A stretch of 64,000 nt of DNA from Neocallimastix sp. 'constans' (lineage: Eukaryota). The notes beneath the pieces were generated by a model. It ran no database searches, was not told the origin of the DNA, and worked only from the letters and a program-made list of their open reading frames with translations. The stretch covers positions 124,001-188,000 of the forward strand of contig JBODTK010000123.1 of assembly GCA_050613775.1 (NCBI GenBank). The letters are read 5' to 3'. Positions 1-15,700 of the stretch are shown in pieces (the stretch's first letter is position 1; the number at the start of each line of letters is the position of its first letter). Made by a program: the position numbers and the translations under genes.

Positions 1-29
1 ATTAATTTAACATTAATTATTCTTATTAC

Positions 30-912
30 CTTGAAGCCATTCTAAGGCACGTTTTACTTCAAATTCAACAAATTCGGGAGTTAATGTACCTCCAGATAAG
101 GCTAAACGACCTAAAGCCTTTGAGGCCAAAACCATAGTTTGAAGATCATTTCCAGGTAGTACAAAACGTAAGTAATTTGCAAATCTTGTAATTTTTGTGG
201 TATTTTCTTCTCCATCGAAATCAATTAATGAATCTATTTTATAAATGTTACATTTAAATTTATATTAATATTTCTATTAAATGAAATTTAATTCAATTTA
301 TATTTTAATTTTTTGTTGACTTAATTAATACATTGTATTTTTTAATGTATTAATTATCTAAATTAATATATTAAAAATTATAATAATAATAGTAAAAATA
401 ATAATAATAATTACCAATAGCTAAAATACCGCCAATCTTTTCATCATTATCATTACTCTGAATTAATGCAAAAATACGTCTATTAACATCATTTATAAAT
501 TTTGTAAAATTTTCTCCAGAAATTTCTCTTGAAACTGATATAACCTTCAAATTTGGAAGATAAATAATAATTTGGAATTGTAAAAAATAGTAATTATTTT
601 ATTAAAAATATAAAAAAATAATAAAAGATATAAATAAAAATAATTTTCAATATTTGATTAATATATATTAAAATTAATCATTGTATTTACATGTTCTTTT
701 AAATCACTTGCAGCTTTATACTTTGTTTCTTCAGATCTTCAATAATATATTTTAGATATGTATATTTTATTTTATTTTATTTTATTTTTATTTTATTTTA
801 TTTTATTTTATTTCTGATGTGTTATAATATATACTGTAATTAATTACCTGCTCTTTAAATCATTTAAAATCTTATTTAATACTTCATTTGACGGTGTCGT
901 TGATAATGACAT
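30..912 (-). CDS. TOR: TOR (target of rapamycin) PIKK kinase, N-terminal HEAT region; gene continues beyond the left edge
   Basis: Exons 912-848, 736-691, 544-415 and 233-30 with GT..AG introns splice in frame to [90 protein letters not shown]...[55 protein letters not shown]. This is the characteristic TOR N-terminus ([18 protein letters not shown]). Confidence 0.93.
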
Positions 913-3602
913 CTTATTAAATAATTAATTTTAATTTTATATATATATATATATTTATATATATAAAAAAAAAATATATATATATATATATATAATATAA
1001 TAGATATAAAAATAATTAATTTATTTCATTAATGAAGTTATAATAAAAATAAAACTGTCTATTCAATTTATCTAATGTACAATATATAAATTATTAGTTT
1101 TTAAATTTCAAAGTCTGTATTATTATTTATTAATTAAATTAATTATAGCCTTGAAACTAAATATTATATATATATATATAAATAATATATTCACCTTTAT
1201 ATATTATATATGTCGATTTTATTAAGAATACATTTAATTATTCAAGGATTTTTGAATTTCCTTTATTTAAAATTATTTTAATTTCTATAAATTTAATCTT
1301 TTAAAAAATTAAAATTTTTATTACTATATCCAAATGCAAAAGTTTAAATTTTTATATTGTTAATGATATTAGTTAATTTTATCGTATTAAATAGATCCCG
1401 TAATGAATTTATTAATATAATTGAAATAAATACTATTAGTTTTATTACAAATTGAATGGTAATAAATGAAATTAATATTGAAAAGTAGTAATAAAATTTC
1501 CTTGAATAAATAATCGTTCTTTCTTGAATTTCTTTTATTTTTCTTATGTTTAGTTTATTAATTTATTTATTCTTTCTATTCATACATATACTTCTGAATT
1601 TACTTATTTAATTTTCTATTAAAATTAATGACATTTCTTTTTCTTTATCTATTTGACTTTTTATTATTTAAAAATCTATATATATAATATAAATAAAAAA
1701 AAAAAATAAGATAAAAAAAAAAGGAAAATATAATATATTTATAAATATTTTTAATTCATTCATTTATATTTTATTATATTAATTTATATGAACTATAAAA
1801 ATAATTGATGATACACATAATAACAGAAGTAATTAATTTAAAATATTTTAACTTTATTTGGATATTTATTTATTTATTCATTTAATTATTTTTTAATTTG
1901 TAAATTTTGAATCTTAATAATACAAATATTTTAATTTATTTTGGAATTTAATAAAACAAATATTCAATTATGTCTCTGTTATTTAATAGAACCAAAACTA
2001 TCAGAAATATTTACTAATATTTATAGATATTATTAAGATTGAACAATTAAAATAATATTGATTTAATCGTTAATCATAGTATACATAGTATACATTTTTT
2101 AAATTTATCAAATACTATTGGTAGAAATAATAACATAAAATAAATATTAAAAAAAAAGTGTAATTTGAGCATCACCGAGTCATTTTTTATTTAATAAAAA
2201 TAATATTAATAATATTAAAAAAAAAAAAAACAGTATATAAATAAGAAAATAAGTATATAAATATAGATATATATAAAGATTATTTTTATTTTAATTTTTA
2301 AAGAAAAAAGGTTTTTAAATTTAAATCGATAAATTATCAAATTTCTAGTAAAAAAGATATAATATCTAATAAATATGAATGATCAATTTTATATATAAAA
2401 AAAATATATTTAATTTATATTATTAATGCGTTTTATTTTTTTATTATCATATATCATATAATTTTTTTTCTTTTATTCGAACATAAAATAAAGAATCAAA
2501 GTTTTTTTTTTAATTTTTTGTTTTTATTTTTTCTTTTTTTAATATATGACAAATTTAAATAAATTTTAATAAAATTAAATTATATTTCAAGTATTGTAGA
2601 AGATTTATTTATTGCAGTCAATAGAAAAGACAAGGATTGAAAGGTATAAAACAATTCCTTTTTCAATAATAACTACTTTTTTTTTTAAATGATAAACATT
2701 ATATATTTTAAAGGACAATTCTTTTATTTATTTATTTATTTATTTTATTATTTATAATTACTATTTATTTATTTATTTATCAATTAGTTTTTATATTTTA
2801 GTAAAATGAAGAAAAATTACTAATAATAATAGATTTTACTTAATTATTGTATCATTAATTCAGTATCATTTATTAATTATTGAATTTTAATAATATACTG
2901 TTCAATTTAAGATATAGAAAATATATTTATGACTTATTTAAATAATATGTTTCTTTCCAATTTTTCGAAATATTGTTTTTCTTTCTATAGCATATTTAAA
3001 AAATAAAAAAAAAAAAATTAGTTAATTATAGTTATTACATATTTCAATAATATAATTAAATATAAAAATTTGAAAACTTTAAATCTTATATATACATATA
3101 TATTAAATTAATAGATATATATATATATTTTAAAGTTTTTCATACTTAAATTTTCTTTTATTTGTCTTTATTTTTTTTTTACTTTAGATAATAAAATTAT
3201 ATTACATTGTAAATATTTTGAAATTTAAATACTCGTAAAAAATTTAAAAAATAAAATTTAAAAATAAAAAAAGTAGAAAACTCAAATAAAATAACATTAA
3301 ATAAAATTAAAAAAAAAAAAAAAAAAGAAAAAAAAAGGAAAAAGGAGTAATAACAATATTTAAAAAAATAATTCGATTATAATAATATTGGTGAATAATA
3401 AATGTTAATTTATATTTATTCATTATAGAATGCAAGCCAAAATTTTATTTATTAGTGACCTGATTGCCTAGTAATAAACAATAGTGACAATATTATATAT
3501 ACCTTTATAGTTACTGTAAGTTTTCCAAAAATCTCTTTAAAACTAGTTTAACCATTAGAAATCGAATTTGCATTGATTTTTTAATATATATTAATATTAT
3601 AA

Positions 3603-3657
<55 letters not shown>

Positions 3658-3865
3658 ATAAATGTATTATATATTATTTAATTAAAGCAATTTAAATTAA
3701 ATTAAATTAAATTTTATTTTGTTTTATTTTATTTTGTTTTATTTTGTTTTATTTTATTTTATTTTAAATTGAAATTTTAAAATATGTTTATAATTTTCAA
3801 ACTTTTAAAATTTAAGGACTATATAAATAAATAGAATAAAACTTTTTCAATATACAAATATAATA

Positions 3866-3899
<34 letters not shown>

Positions 3900-4782
3900 A
3901 GCAAATTAATAAATAAAAAATAAAAATAAACAAATAAATAAATTTTATTTAAAATATTTATATGTAAAACATATATTGAATGAAATAAAAAATAAAAAAA
4001 TAAAATAATTTCAATTGATATATTATAAATATGTAAATACAACAAAGAAATAAATTCAATGTTAACCTTTATTTTTACAATAATTAAAAAATGCATTTTC
4101 ATAAATTTATGGTAATTCAATAAATAAAATTTTATAATAATAATAAATAAATAAATAAAAAGCAATAAGAAATTTCATTTTAAAATAAACAAAGAATTTC
4201 AAAAATTTATTTATTTATTTATTTTTATTTTTTTTTTATTATTAATTATTTTTTAACATAAAATATATCTTTATATTGTTATATATTACTTTATAAAATG
4301 TAAATAGTTACTGTGCAATATTTATATACATTTATCTTTTTTCTTTTTTAATTATAAAAAATATAATTATATATAAATCATATGTTTGTTTTTATAAAAA
4401 TAAACGAATAAATTAATAATCTATAAATATTTAGCAATAAAATTTATAATTATAATAATATACTAATATTTTCATTCATTTTTTATTGATATTAATAATT
4501 ATATATATTTATATAATTATTTCTATAAAAAATAGATAATATCATATTTCATGTATTTAATAATATAATATTTTATTAATATTATTTTTAAATTATTTAT
4601 TGTAAAGAAATAATAACAGAAGAAACCATTCGGGAAAAGAAAAAAAAAAAAAGAAAGAAAAATTATTATTACTAAATATAATTATAATATTCATAAAAAT
4701 ATAAAGATATTAAAAACGTATAATAAATATTACTATATCATTTTTGTTTATAAAAAGTTTAGAAGATATAAAATAAAGTAAA

Positions 4783-5907
4783 ATGAATATAAACGATGTT
4801 TTTTCAAAAGTATCAAATACCCAAAATTTATATACACAATATCAACAAAACCAAGCTCAAAATATAAATATGAATAATAGTATGAATAATAACATGAATA
4901 ATAGCATAAATAATAGCATAAATAATAGCATGAATAATAGCATGAATAATAGCATGAATAATAGCATGAATAATAGCATGAATAATAGCATGAATAATAG
5001 CATGAATAATGGTATGAATAATAGTATGAATAATGGCATGAATAATAGCATGAATAATGGCATGAATAATAGTATGAATAATGGCATGAATAATGGCATA
5101 AATAATGGCATAAATAATGGCATAAATAAAGGCATAAATAATGGCATAAATAATGGCATGTATAATAACATGAGTAATAATATGAATAATAATATGAATA
5201 TTATACATAATAATGTGAATGGTAATGGGAACCATTCAAATATAAATAATAATAATATGGTGATGGGTGAAAATCCATTCCGTCAAATTACAGTGCCACA
5301 AGGTACTATACCGCCTGGTACTTATATTACTATAGGTCAATATCAAGTAATGATAGAGCGCCATTTAGCTGAAGGTATTTTATACTTGATGATGTATATT
5401 AAAAATAGATATTAATTAAAAGAAAAGCAATAATAAAATTTAATTATATAAAATTTAATGGTTATTATATATAAGGTGGTTTTGCTCATGTATATGTTGT
5501 ACAAGGACGATCAGGTAAAAAAGCTGTTTTAAAGCAAACCATTGTTCCTGATCAAGAACAAATACCAATATTTCAAAGGGAAATTAATTTTATGGTAAAA
5601 TAAATAAAAATAGATAAAATCAATAGACAATACTAAAACGATAAAAAGTTTCTTGATAATTAACCGAAAAATTCTATACATTTTTCGAAATATATATTAA
5701 CATGCTCTATCAATAATAATATCATAATAATTAATAATTAAAATATAAACATTAAAGAAAAGTGTAAGTGGTAATGAAAATATTGTACAATTTTTCGATT
5801 CGAAAATAAGAGCAAGAAGTAAAAGTGAAGGTGAAGGTTATGAAGTATTAATTTTAATGGAATATTGTTCAGGTAAATTATTAAAATCGTTAATTAAAAA
5901 ATTTATT

Positions 5908-5959
<52 letters not shown>

Positions 5960-7122
5960 GTAATAATAATAAGTAATAATAATAAGTAATAATATAATAA
6001 TAATATTATTATTAATATTAATAAAATTTTACAAAATAATTTATCAATTGAATTTATTTGAAATGGTTTAAAAAGAGGGTCATGTGGTTGATTTAATGAA
6101 TACAAGATTAAAAGTTAGATTAACTGAAAAGGAAATTATAAATATATTTTTCAGTGTTTGTAAAGCCGTAGCTCATCTTCACTATCAGAATCCACCAATT
6201 ATTCATAGAGATATCAAAGTTGAGGTATATATATAAAACCATTCATTGTAATATTAATAATATTAACAATATTAGTTAAATATATATATTAATAAAACAA
6301 TAATTAAATGAATATATATAAAGAATGTATTAATTACATCTGATGGTAAATATAAGCTTTGTGATTTTGGTTCAGCAACGACTGAAATTATTCCACCGAA
6401 TAAATCATTAAATATTCAAGAAATTCGTTCTTTAGAAGAGGATATTCAAAAATATACAACAATTCAATATAGGTCACCAGAAATGTGTGATTTATATCAA
6501 AGAAGAGGTTTAAATGAAAAAGTTGATATTTGGGTAATTATAGTAAATCTGTAGTTTGAATTATAATTTTAAATATTTGTATACTTATATATATATATAT
6601 ATTTATTAATAATTTATTTTTATTAAATAGGCTCTTGGTGTTATGCTTTATAAACTATGTTATTATGTATTTATTATTATATATTATTTAAAAGTTTTAT
6701 AATTGTCTTTATATATTAAAATATTAAAACTATTTATATATTAACTTTATTATATATAGGTTACACCATTTGAAGATGGAAATACATTAGCAGTATTGAA
6801 TGGTAGTTATACAAAACCACAATCACCGCCTTATTCAAGTCATATACATCATTTATTAGGTAAATATCAATTATATTTTAATTAATAATATAATACTTAA
6901 TATTATTCAAATAATAATAGTAGTAAAAATAAAATTAATTGTATACATATATATATATATATACAAATAGATATAACGTTAGTCGTTGAACCATCAGTAC
7001 GTGCAAATATTTATGATGTTTTATCATATTTATCATCAATTTTAGGTGTCCCTTGCCCAATTACAAATGTAAATTTATTAATAGTTAATTTTTATCATAT
7101 ACTTAAAGTATTATTTTTAAGG

Positions 7123-7153
<31 letters not shown>

Positions 7154-8223
7154 AACCTAAAATAAATAGAAATATAGTTTTTCTGATACATCTACAAATA
7201 TTACAAATAACAACAACAATAATAATAATAATAATTCACCTTTCTTTGCAGCGTCAGCAACAAATTCTGTATTAATTTCTGTTAAGCAACCAGTTGTTAC
7301 TGTACCTATTGTACAAAATCCAAATCCGACACCAATGCGTCGTGGTAGACCAAACCAAAAAGAAAGAAAACCAAATAATGATATTGCTTCAAATGTAAAT
7401 GCTGCAGTTGCAAGCAAAATCGCAACTCTTTCTTATAATAGTCAACAGATGCAACATTCTACAAATGATACATTTAAATCTTCAATTACTATTGATTCTC
7501 CAACTGAAGAAAATCATTTATCATCAAGTTCATTAAATAATGCTTTCGGCATAAATGCTAATAAACCCACTCAAAACTTGAATACAAATGCCGTTAGTGG
7601 ATCATTTTTCACAAAATATTCAAATGATAATGATCAAATAGTTAAAGATACTTATAAAAACAATAGTACATTACCAAATATTAATCAAAATGTTTCGGGA
7701 TCAAATAATAAGAACGTTACCGATCAAAGTATATTAGATAATATTTTTGGAAAATCTACAAATGATATATTTGATAATGTATCAAAGAATAGAAATAATG
7801 ATATCAATATATTTGATAATATATCAAAAAATAAAAATAATGATGTTAATATATTTGATAATGTATCAAAGAATAAAAATAATGATATTAATATATTTGA
7901 TAATGTAACAAAAAATAGAAATAATGATATTAATATATTTGATGATAATTGGATTGTAGAAAATACCAAAAATTCGTTTGATAAACTAAGTGAAAAACGT
8001 ATATTAAATGAAAATTTTAATAATAGTAATCATGATTTCTTTAAAAGTAAAAGTGATATCTTTGGAAATAGTTCCCAAAATACTAATAATTCTAAAAGCT
8101 TACCACGTCCTCCTTCATTTACTCAATTGGCAGAAAAATCAGTAGAATCAAAGAATCACTTGTCTAAAGGAGGCTCTGGTTTTTCAAAATATAAAAGTGA
8201 ACCATTTATTTTATCTAATACAA

Positions 8224-8299
<76 letters not shown>

Positions 8300-8338
8300 T
8301 TTTTTTTAATTTATCTAGGCATATAATTAATTAATTTT

Positions 8339-8376
<38 letters not shown>

Positions 8377-8881
8377 TATATATATCTATTAATTAATTTT
8401 AGATCCATTTGCTGACATTGACAGTGAAGAGGAAAAAGAAGAAAATAAACCATTATTCGAAGCTAATTTTGATGATAATTTTGATGATAAATTTAATAAT
8501 TCTGATTTTGAAGATAATTCAATTTCAATAAATAAAAATGAAAATGATAATAAATTAAATTCTTACAAAGTTAATAATAGAAGTAGAAGTTCTTTAACTT
8601 CACCTCAAAGTCAGATATCACCTCATAAGAATGGATTTTCTGATACACTATTTAATAATAATAACGATATAAATGAAAATAATTTTGGATATATGAAATT
8701 CGAAGATGAAGATAATGCATTTTCACCAAAACCACCATCAATTAAGATTACTAGTTCAACTCTAGATACTTCAACCCCTAATGTCAAAAATTTTGAAAAC
8801 TCGTTTGACTCAGTTAAATTTGGAAATGAAAATAAAGTTGAAAATAGCCACTTTAATGATTCTTCAAAGTTATTCAATATA

Positions 8882-8918
<37 letters not shown>

Positions 8919-8996
8919 GTAATAATAATAATAGTAATAATAGTAATATTAATAATAATAATAATAATAATAGTAATAGTAATAGTAATAACAGTA

Positions 8997-9071
<75 letters not shown>

Positions 9072-10284
9072 GTAATAATAATAATAATGGTAGTATCAAA
9101 AAACATCATAGCTTGAAAGAAAGTAAAGATAAAAGTGATTCAACTAGTAATCACTCATTACAAAGTACAAGTAAATTTAACCATTCAATCCAAAGATTAG
9201 CAATGTCTTTAAAGAAAAAACAAAAACAAAGAAAGCATATTTTATTAGATGATAATCAATATGATGATGACGATGATGATGGTGATAATGATGATGATGA
9301 AATTGGATTTTCTCAATACACTCAAATTGATGATGATGATAATAATGAAATTTTAATTAACAATAATAACCTCAGTCCTCCTCCAAGAAATGGGCATGTA
9401 AGATATCCATCAGATCCTCAACCTAATGCTATTCGAATTCATCAAAAGTCAAGAAGTATGGGTAGATTCCCAGAAAGTTATCGTCATAAATCCTCATTTA
9501 GTGATAATCATAATGAATTAAGCCACTCCTATGGTAAAAAAAAAAAAAAAATTATAAAAATTATAAAAATTATAAAAATTATAAAAATTATTATATTTAT
9601 TATTTATAAATTATTTATTTAAATTTTTTAATATTAATGATATTTTTTATATAAATAATAATATTAAAATATTTTATTTTATATATTAATATACATAAAT
9701 AATTTAACATATTAATTATTTAACAATAATTTTTTTTTAAAAAAAATAATAATAATATAATAAAATAAAATAAAATAAAGAATCAAAATCAAAACCAACT
9801 ACTGTGACTTCTCCATCTGGTATTAATCCAGCTTCACTTGTAATGTCCCCATTAAATAAAGCTACAACTATTGATTCACAACAAAAGAAAAAGACACCCC
9901 CACCAATTCCTCCAAAACCAAAAGAAAGAAATAAATGTGTTATACCAAATACCTATCCTGGTACTCCTACAAGACATTCTTCAATTTCAAATAAAAGTAT
10001 GTATTATTTTAATTTTTAAAATTCATATATCCATATATAAATATATATTTATATGATATATTTTTCAATAAAGAATTAGTTTAACAAAAATTAAATGTTT
10101 TTATTTTTTTTTTTTTTTTTTTTTTTTTTTGTGCTTTATATATAATTTATAATCTACTTGTAAAAAATATTATATATAATATATATATTTATATATATTA
10201 TTTTTATGTATATATTATGTTTTATAATTTATATATATATTATCTTTATATAAATATTTATATATATTATGTTTTTATAATTTA

Positions 10285-10327
<43 letters not shown>

Positions 10328-10678
10328 GTATGTATTTGTTTAGCTATCATAGATAATAAACAAACTCTTAATAATGATGATCATGATAACCCACTAAAAG
10401 TTAATAATACAAAATTATCAGATTTATCCAATTTAAAAATTACACCAATAAATCAAAGTACGACATCACTGTCATCAACAAATCTAGCGGATGGTCATAG
10501 GCATTCAGGGTATTATTTTGATAATGAGGATGCATTTCAACAATTAGATGAGACCTTTACAAATATTACTGATGAAATGGAAAATTTCCCTGATGATAAT
10601 GATTCAGATCAAGATATATTTAACAATGGAAAAGTTAAAAGAAGATCAAAATTTAAATACCTTCATCAAATACATTAA
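4783..10678 (+). CDS. Ark1/Prk1 (NAK/AAK1-family) Ser/Thr protein kinase with long low-complexity N- and C-terminal regions
   Basis: Approximate exons: 4783-5374, 5476-5593, 5758-5872, 6076-6224, 6324-6533, 6631-6666, 6760-6859, 6971-7068, ~7177-8223, 8403-9533, 9781-9996, 10344-10678. Kinase motifs are intact: LAEGGFAHVYVV, AVLK, LMEYC, IIHRDIKVENVL, KLCDFGSA, TTIQYRSPEMCDLY, KVDIWALGVMLYKLCYY, TPFE. These are the NAK-family signatures. Confidence 0.9.
4869..5200 (+). repeat. Coding 12-bp tandem repeat encoding (M/I)NN(S/G), about 25 units
   Basis: Units ATGAATAATAGC / ATAAATAATGGC are read directly in exon 1 of the kinase. Confidence 0.95.
7761..7950 (+). repeat. Coding 42-bp tandem repeat (NNDINIFDNVSKN[K/R]), about 4 units
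   Basis: Translation NDIFDNVSKNR-NNDINIFDNISKNK-NNDVNIFDNVSKNK-NNDINIFDNVTKNR-NNDINIFDDNW. Confidence 0.9.
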
Positions 10679-10954
10679 AAATATATATAATATCTATAAT
10701 AAAAAAGAATTAAATATATATATATATTATAAATATATATATATGATAAATCAGTAATAAAATGTTAAGAATTAATGGTATATAATAAAAATTAATTATT
10801 AAGTTTTTAAATGAAAAGAAAATTATATATATATATATTTATTAATATATAATTAAAAAGAAAATAAAAATAAATAAATAATTATATAAATATATTTATA
10901 ATGCAAATAATAAAAATAATAAAATCAAGAAGCAAATATAAGAAATAAAATAAA

Positions 10955-10996
<42 letters not shown>

Positions 10997-11263
10997 AATA
11001 AATAAATAAATAAATAAATAAAACAAGAAACGAAAATATATATATATATATCAATGGAAATAAAAGTAAATAAATTATTAATGACATAATTATTGTTAAA
11101 TAGAATTATGATTAAAATATGAAAATTAAAATAAAATATTAATAAATTATTTAAAATATCGTAGTATTATTCTTCTGGCAGTTATAAAAAAAAAAAAATT
11201 ATACATTATAATTATTTGTTAATATTCAAACGTTTATTTATTTTATTTGTATAATATTAAATT

Positions 11264-11308
<45 letters not shown>

Positions 11309-11327
11309 ATCACTTTATTTTTTAAAT

Positions 11328-11366
<39 letters not shown>

Positions 11367-11615
11367 GTCAAATATATTGTTTAAATATAATAATAATAAT
11401 AATATGCAAATAATTTTTTATTACCAAAAAAAATGTAAACTATTATAATAATCATACTAATCATACTACTACTACTACTACTATTAATAATAATAATAAT
11501 AATAATAATGAAATAATAATGAAATATTAATAAAAGAAAACATAAATTTTAAATCTATATACATTTATAAATAAATAAATGCATATATGTATTTATATTA
11601 TATTAATTTTCTAAA

Positions 11616-11654
<39 letters not shown>

Positions 11655-11871
11655 AATTATATATAAGTAGAAAATTTTTTAAAATATTTTTTTTTTTTAC
11701 TTTTAAAACATAATAAAATTTAAATCAACTATTTATTTTATTTGAATATATAAAAATTTTTTCCTTGTAGTTATTATTTTAACAATCTATTGAAATAATT
11801 GTACATATTATAATCTTTAATGAAGACATTTTTTTTTTTATTTTAATAGAAACAATTTTATTAGTAACAAT

Positions 11872-11902
<31 letters not shown>

Positions 11903-12649
11903 TTTAATGTATTATCTTAGTTAAATAAATATATTATTGAAAGCTTTATCAAACTTTTATTTTATTATAAAATCCAAATTTTTTAAAATTTTTATATTTT
12001 AAAATTAAATAAATCTTTTAATTATTTATTATTTATTATTTTTTATTTTTTTTATTCTTTTTTTTTTTTTTTTTTTATAAATTTTCTATTTTCGATAATA
12101 ATAATAAATTATATTATGAATAAATATAAGATACTGAATTATATATCTTTTATAAAAAAAAAATAAAAATAAAAAAAATAAAAATAAAATAAAAAAAAAA
12201 AAAATGAATAAAATAAAATAGATTTTTTTTTTCTAATTATTAAATAGTTACAATTATATGATTTTATTTAATAAAATTATATTAAATAAAAGTTTATAGA
12301 ATTATTTTATTGATTTATAATTAATATATATTTTTAATTTTTTTTTTTTTCTTTACTTTTCTTTTCTTTTGGTTATTGTTTTATAATTATAATTTCATTA
12401 TTTACTAATTATTATTATTATATATTACATAATTGCTTAATAACTAAAGAGGAAAAAATATGTATTAAATATATTATTAAAAAAAAAAAAAAAAAAAAAA
12501 CTACATTTTATAAAATGAATTCTATATGAAGAGAGAGAGAAGAGAGAGATAAAAAAAATAATAATTATAAAATAAAACAAAACAAAACAAAAAAAAAAAA
12601 AAAAAAAAGAAAGAAAAAAAAAAAAAAGGAAAGGAAAAAAGAATGAATT

Positions 12650-12682
<33 letters not shown>

Positions 12683-12784
12683 AAATAAAGTAATAAAAAT
12701 TAAAAATAAAAATAAAGATAATAATATAAAAATTATTAATTTATAAATATATAATTATATATATTTAATAGATAAATTATAATT

Positions 12785-15700
12785 TCAACTTGATTTCGCT
12801 ATTAAATTACTTAGTTCTACAAAATATTCTTTTAATTTCATCCGTATTGGCTCTATATTATTTAATAAAATGGGTAGCATACTTATTCCAAATATGTAGT
12901 TTTTGTTAATATTATTACCATCTTTACTAAATATTTTTTCTGAATCTAATTCATTCTTTGAATTATTAGAATTGTCGTTTAGTAATTCTTCTAATACAGT
13001 AATATATCTTTCAAATGGTAATTTTGTACTTTTTTTAGAATCATCATCATCATCATCATTTTCATCTTGTTCTGCCAAATCAATCAGTACTTCATATTTT
13101 TCAATACAATCAATATATTTTTCCTCTAAAATATTCATAGATTTTTGTAGTTCAAAATTGTCACTATTTCTCTCTTTTAGTTTATTTATATTTGTATATA
13201 TATTCTTGATATCTAAAAAAAAAATAATAATAATAAAAGTAATAATAATAATAATATACATTTATTAATAAAATATATTATTTATTTTATAAAAGAAAAA
13301 AAATTTATTTGAATTAGCAATCATTATACTAAAATATATATATAATCAATTAATATTATAAGTATTTTTTATTACCTTCAATATTAACAGCGAAAGATTT
13401 AAAACTAATGATTTCTTGTTTCAGTACCTTTTGTGAATTAACAACTGTATCAGGAATACTAAAGTCACCATCAAAATCTTCATCCCACGTTTCAAAATCA
13501 TTATCAATACCATTCATATATTCATTGGTAACCTTTGAAAAGGAAGTATTTTGATTATTCTTTTTTATTCCATCAGATTTAGTGCCAATCTTTGTTTCCA
13601 CACTGGAATCATCATTATTAAACAAACTCTGAAGTCTATCTAAATTTGTAGGTTTTCTATCCATAGAAGGTGTATAGAAATCATCATCTTCAATAGAGAG
13701 GCTACTACTATAATTATTTTGTTTGATAATATTATTTAGGTAGTTCTGACTAAAGTTTTCATTTGGAAGTGTATTAAGTGGACCTGAGATAGAAATACTA
13801 ATATCTTCAACATCAAACGATGAAAATGTTGATTTTAATTCATTACTTAATTTGGATTTTGATAAATTTTTAGGAGTAGGCGCTAGCCCTTCCATATTAT
13901 TTTCTAAAGAATCTGATTGCCTGTCCTCAACCTCTGAAATTGTTGTACCATGCTTTAGTTTAGATTCAGTGAGAGTTTTTGTTTTTTTAGAATTTATATT
14001 AGGAATTGAATTTGATACTATTGAATTGGTGGAACCGATATTTTTAGTTATATTAGCAATGGAACTTGACACATCAAAGAATTGACTATTACTTATATTC
14101 ATTTCACTTATTGAATTTACGTTATCTATACTATAGAAGTTATCATTACTCTCTTTGAGTATATTTTCTAATTTATTAATTTCTATTTTGATGTTTTCTG
14201 GATCCTCATGATTAATTTTTTGACTACTTATTCCACTTAAATTATCATTATCATTATCATTATTAGTATTATTATTATTTAGATTATGAGAAGAACCTAC
14301 TTTTGAATCAGATGAAAAATCATCATTATTATCATCAAAGGATAGCGTGGTAACATTATTGATTAAGCTACTATGTTTTATTTGTTTTAGAGAGGTTCTA
14401 TTTGAATCAGACAAAATTGATTTATGTTTGGCTATGGATAAGTTATCATTGGATTTTTTGATATAAGAATTTCTTTTATTTTCTTTTTCTTTTCGTAAAT
14501 CCATAGAATCATGCCTTGTAATAATATAGGTATTTTTAAGATTACTTATTTGTCCTGAATAGGTCGGAAATTGGGAATCAATTTTTTTATTAATTGTCGT
14601 TGGGCTAATATTATAAATTATTGATTTGCTATCATCGTCACCAGTTAAATTAACACAACTACGATAAATTTCATTATTATTCATATGCATATTAGTATTA
14701 ATGGTAGTTACTGGGGTACTATGATTCTTTTTCATACTTCCAATATTAAATGTTTTATTACGTATATCCTTACCATTTCGAACATTATTAAGTGAATTAC
14801 TCATACTATTGTCCAAACCTATTGAAGAAACAAATGGCATAGAATCATGTTTACCACTATATGTTGTCTCTACGGAAGCAACTGATTTGAAAATACTTCC
14901 ATTACTAGTCTCTATTGAAGATGAAATATCATTTTTACATGATTTTCCAGATAAATTATTATTATTAATATTATTATTTTTATTTTTATCTATATCTATG
15001 ATATTATTATCATTATTATTATCATTATTTTTATCGTTATTATCATTATTATCATTATTATTGTTATTGTTATTGTTGTTACCGTTATTATTATTTTTAT
15101 TATTGGGTGATAGTTCTTCTTTATTGGATGAATTAATTGGTATATTGTTATTTAGATTTTCTTTTATTTTATCATTTTCTTGTTGATCTGATTGATTTAA
15201 TGGTATATTCTGTTGTTGTTGTGATGGTGGTATATTTTGTTCTTGATTATTATTAATATTTCCAAAAATTTGAGATCCAAGATCACTCTTAGACTGTTCT
15301 TTTATCACTCCTAAATCATTACCTCTTGTATATGACGGAGAATTAAAATATTCAGGACTTAATAGGGAACTACTTATGATTTTATCATCTTCTATATTTA
15401 TTTCAGTTAATTTCTTTTTTCTAATCGTTGTCCAAAATTTTTTAATCTTTCTAGAATTTCTTTTCTTTATGTTATTATTATTTTTTTCTGTGTTGTTACA
15501 TATAAAATCAAGTACATTTGGATATACAATAGAGGTAGGTAATAGTGTTGTAATTAATAACTTTTTGTTTTATTTTATTTTTAAGTTTTTATATTTTTTT
15601 TATCAAGCATTCATATATATATAATATTATAATATCATATTTTTTTGATAATAATTAAATATATAGATATATATATTATTATTATTATTATTAGGAATAT

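Noticed and set aside
3812..4165. F/I/Y/L-rich short ORFs in intergenic DNA (also 10896, 12437, 16887, 27537, 29833, 37669, 40430, 44212, 59875)
   Set aside because: Their composition simply reflects AT-rich homopolymer sequence; no motifs or splice structure.
4869..5200. Regular repeats considered as a CRISPR-like array
   Set aside because: Units are contiguous, in frame and have no unique spacers; the context is eukaryotic.
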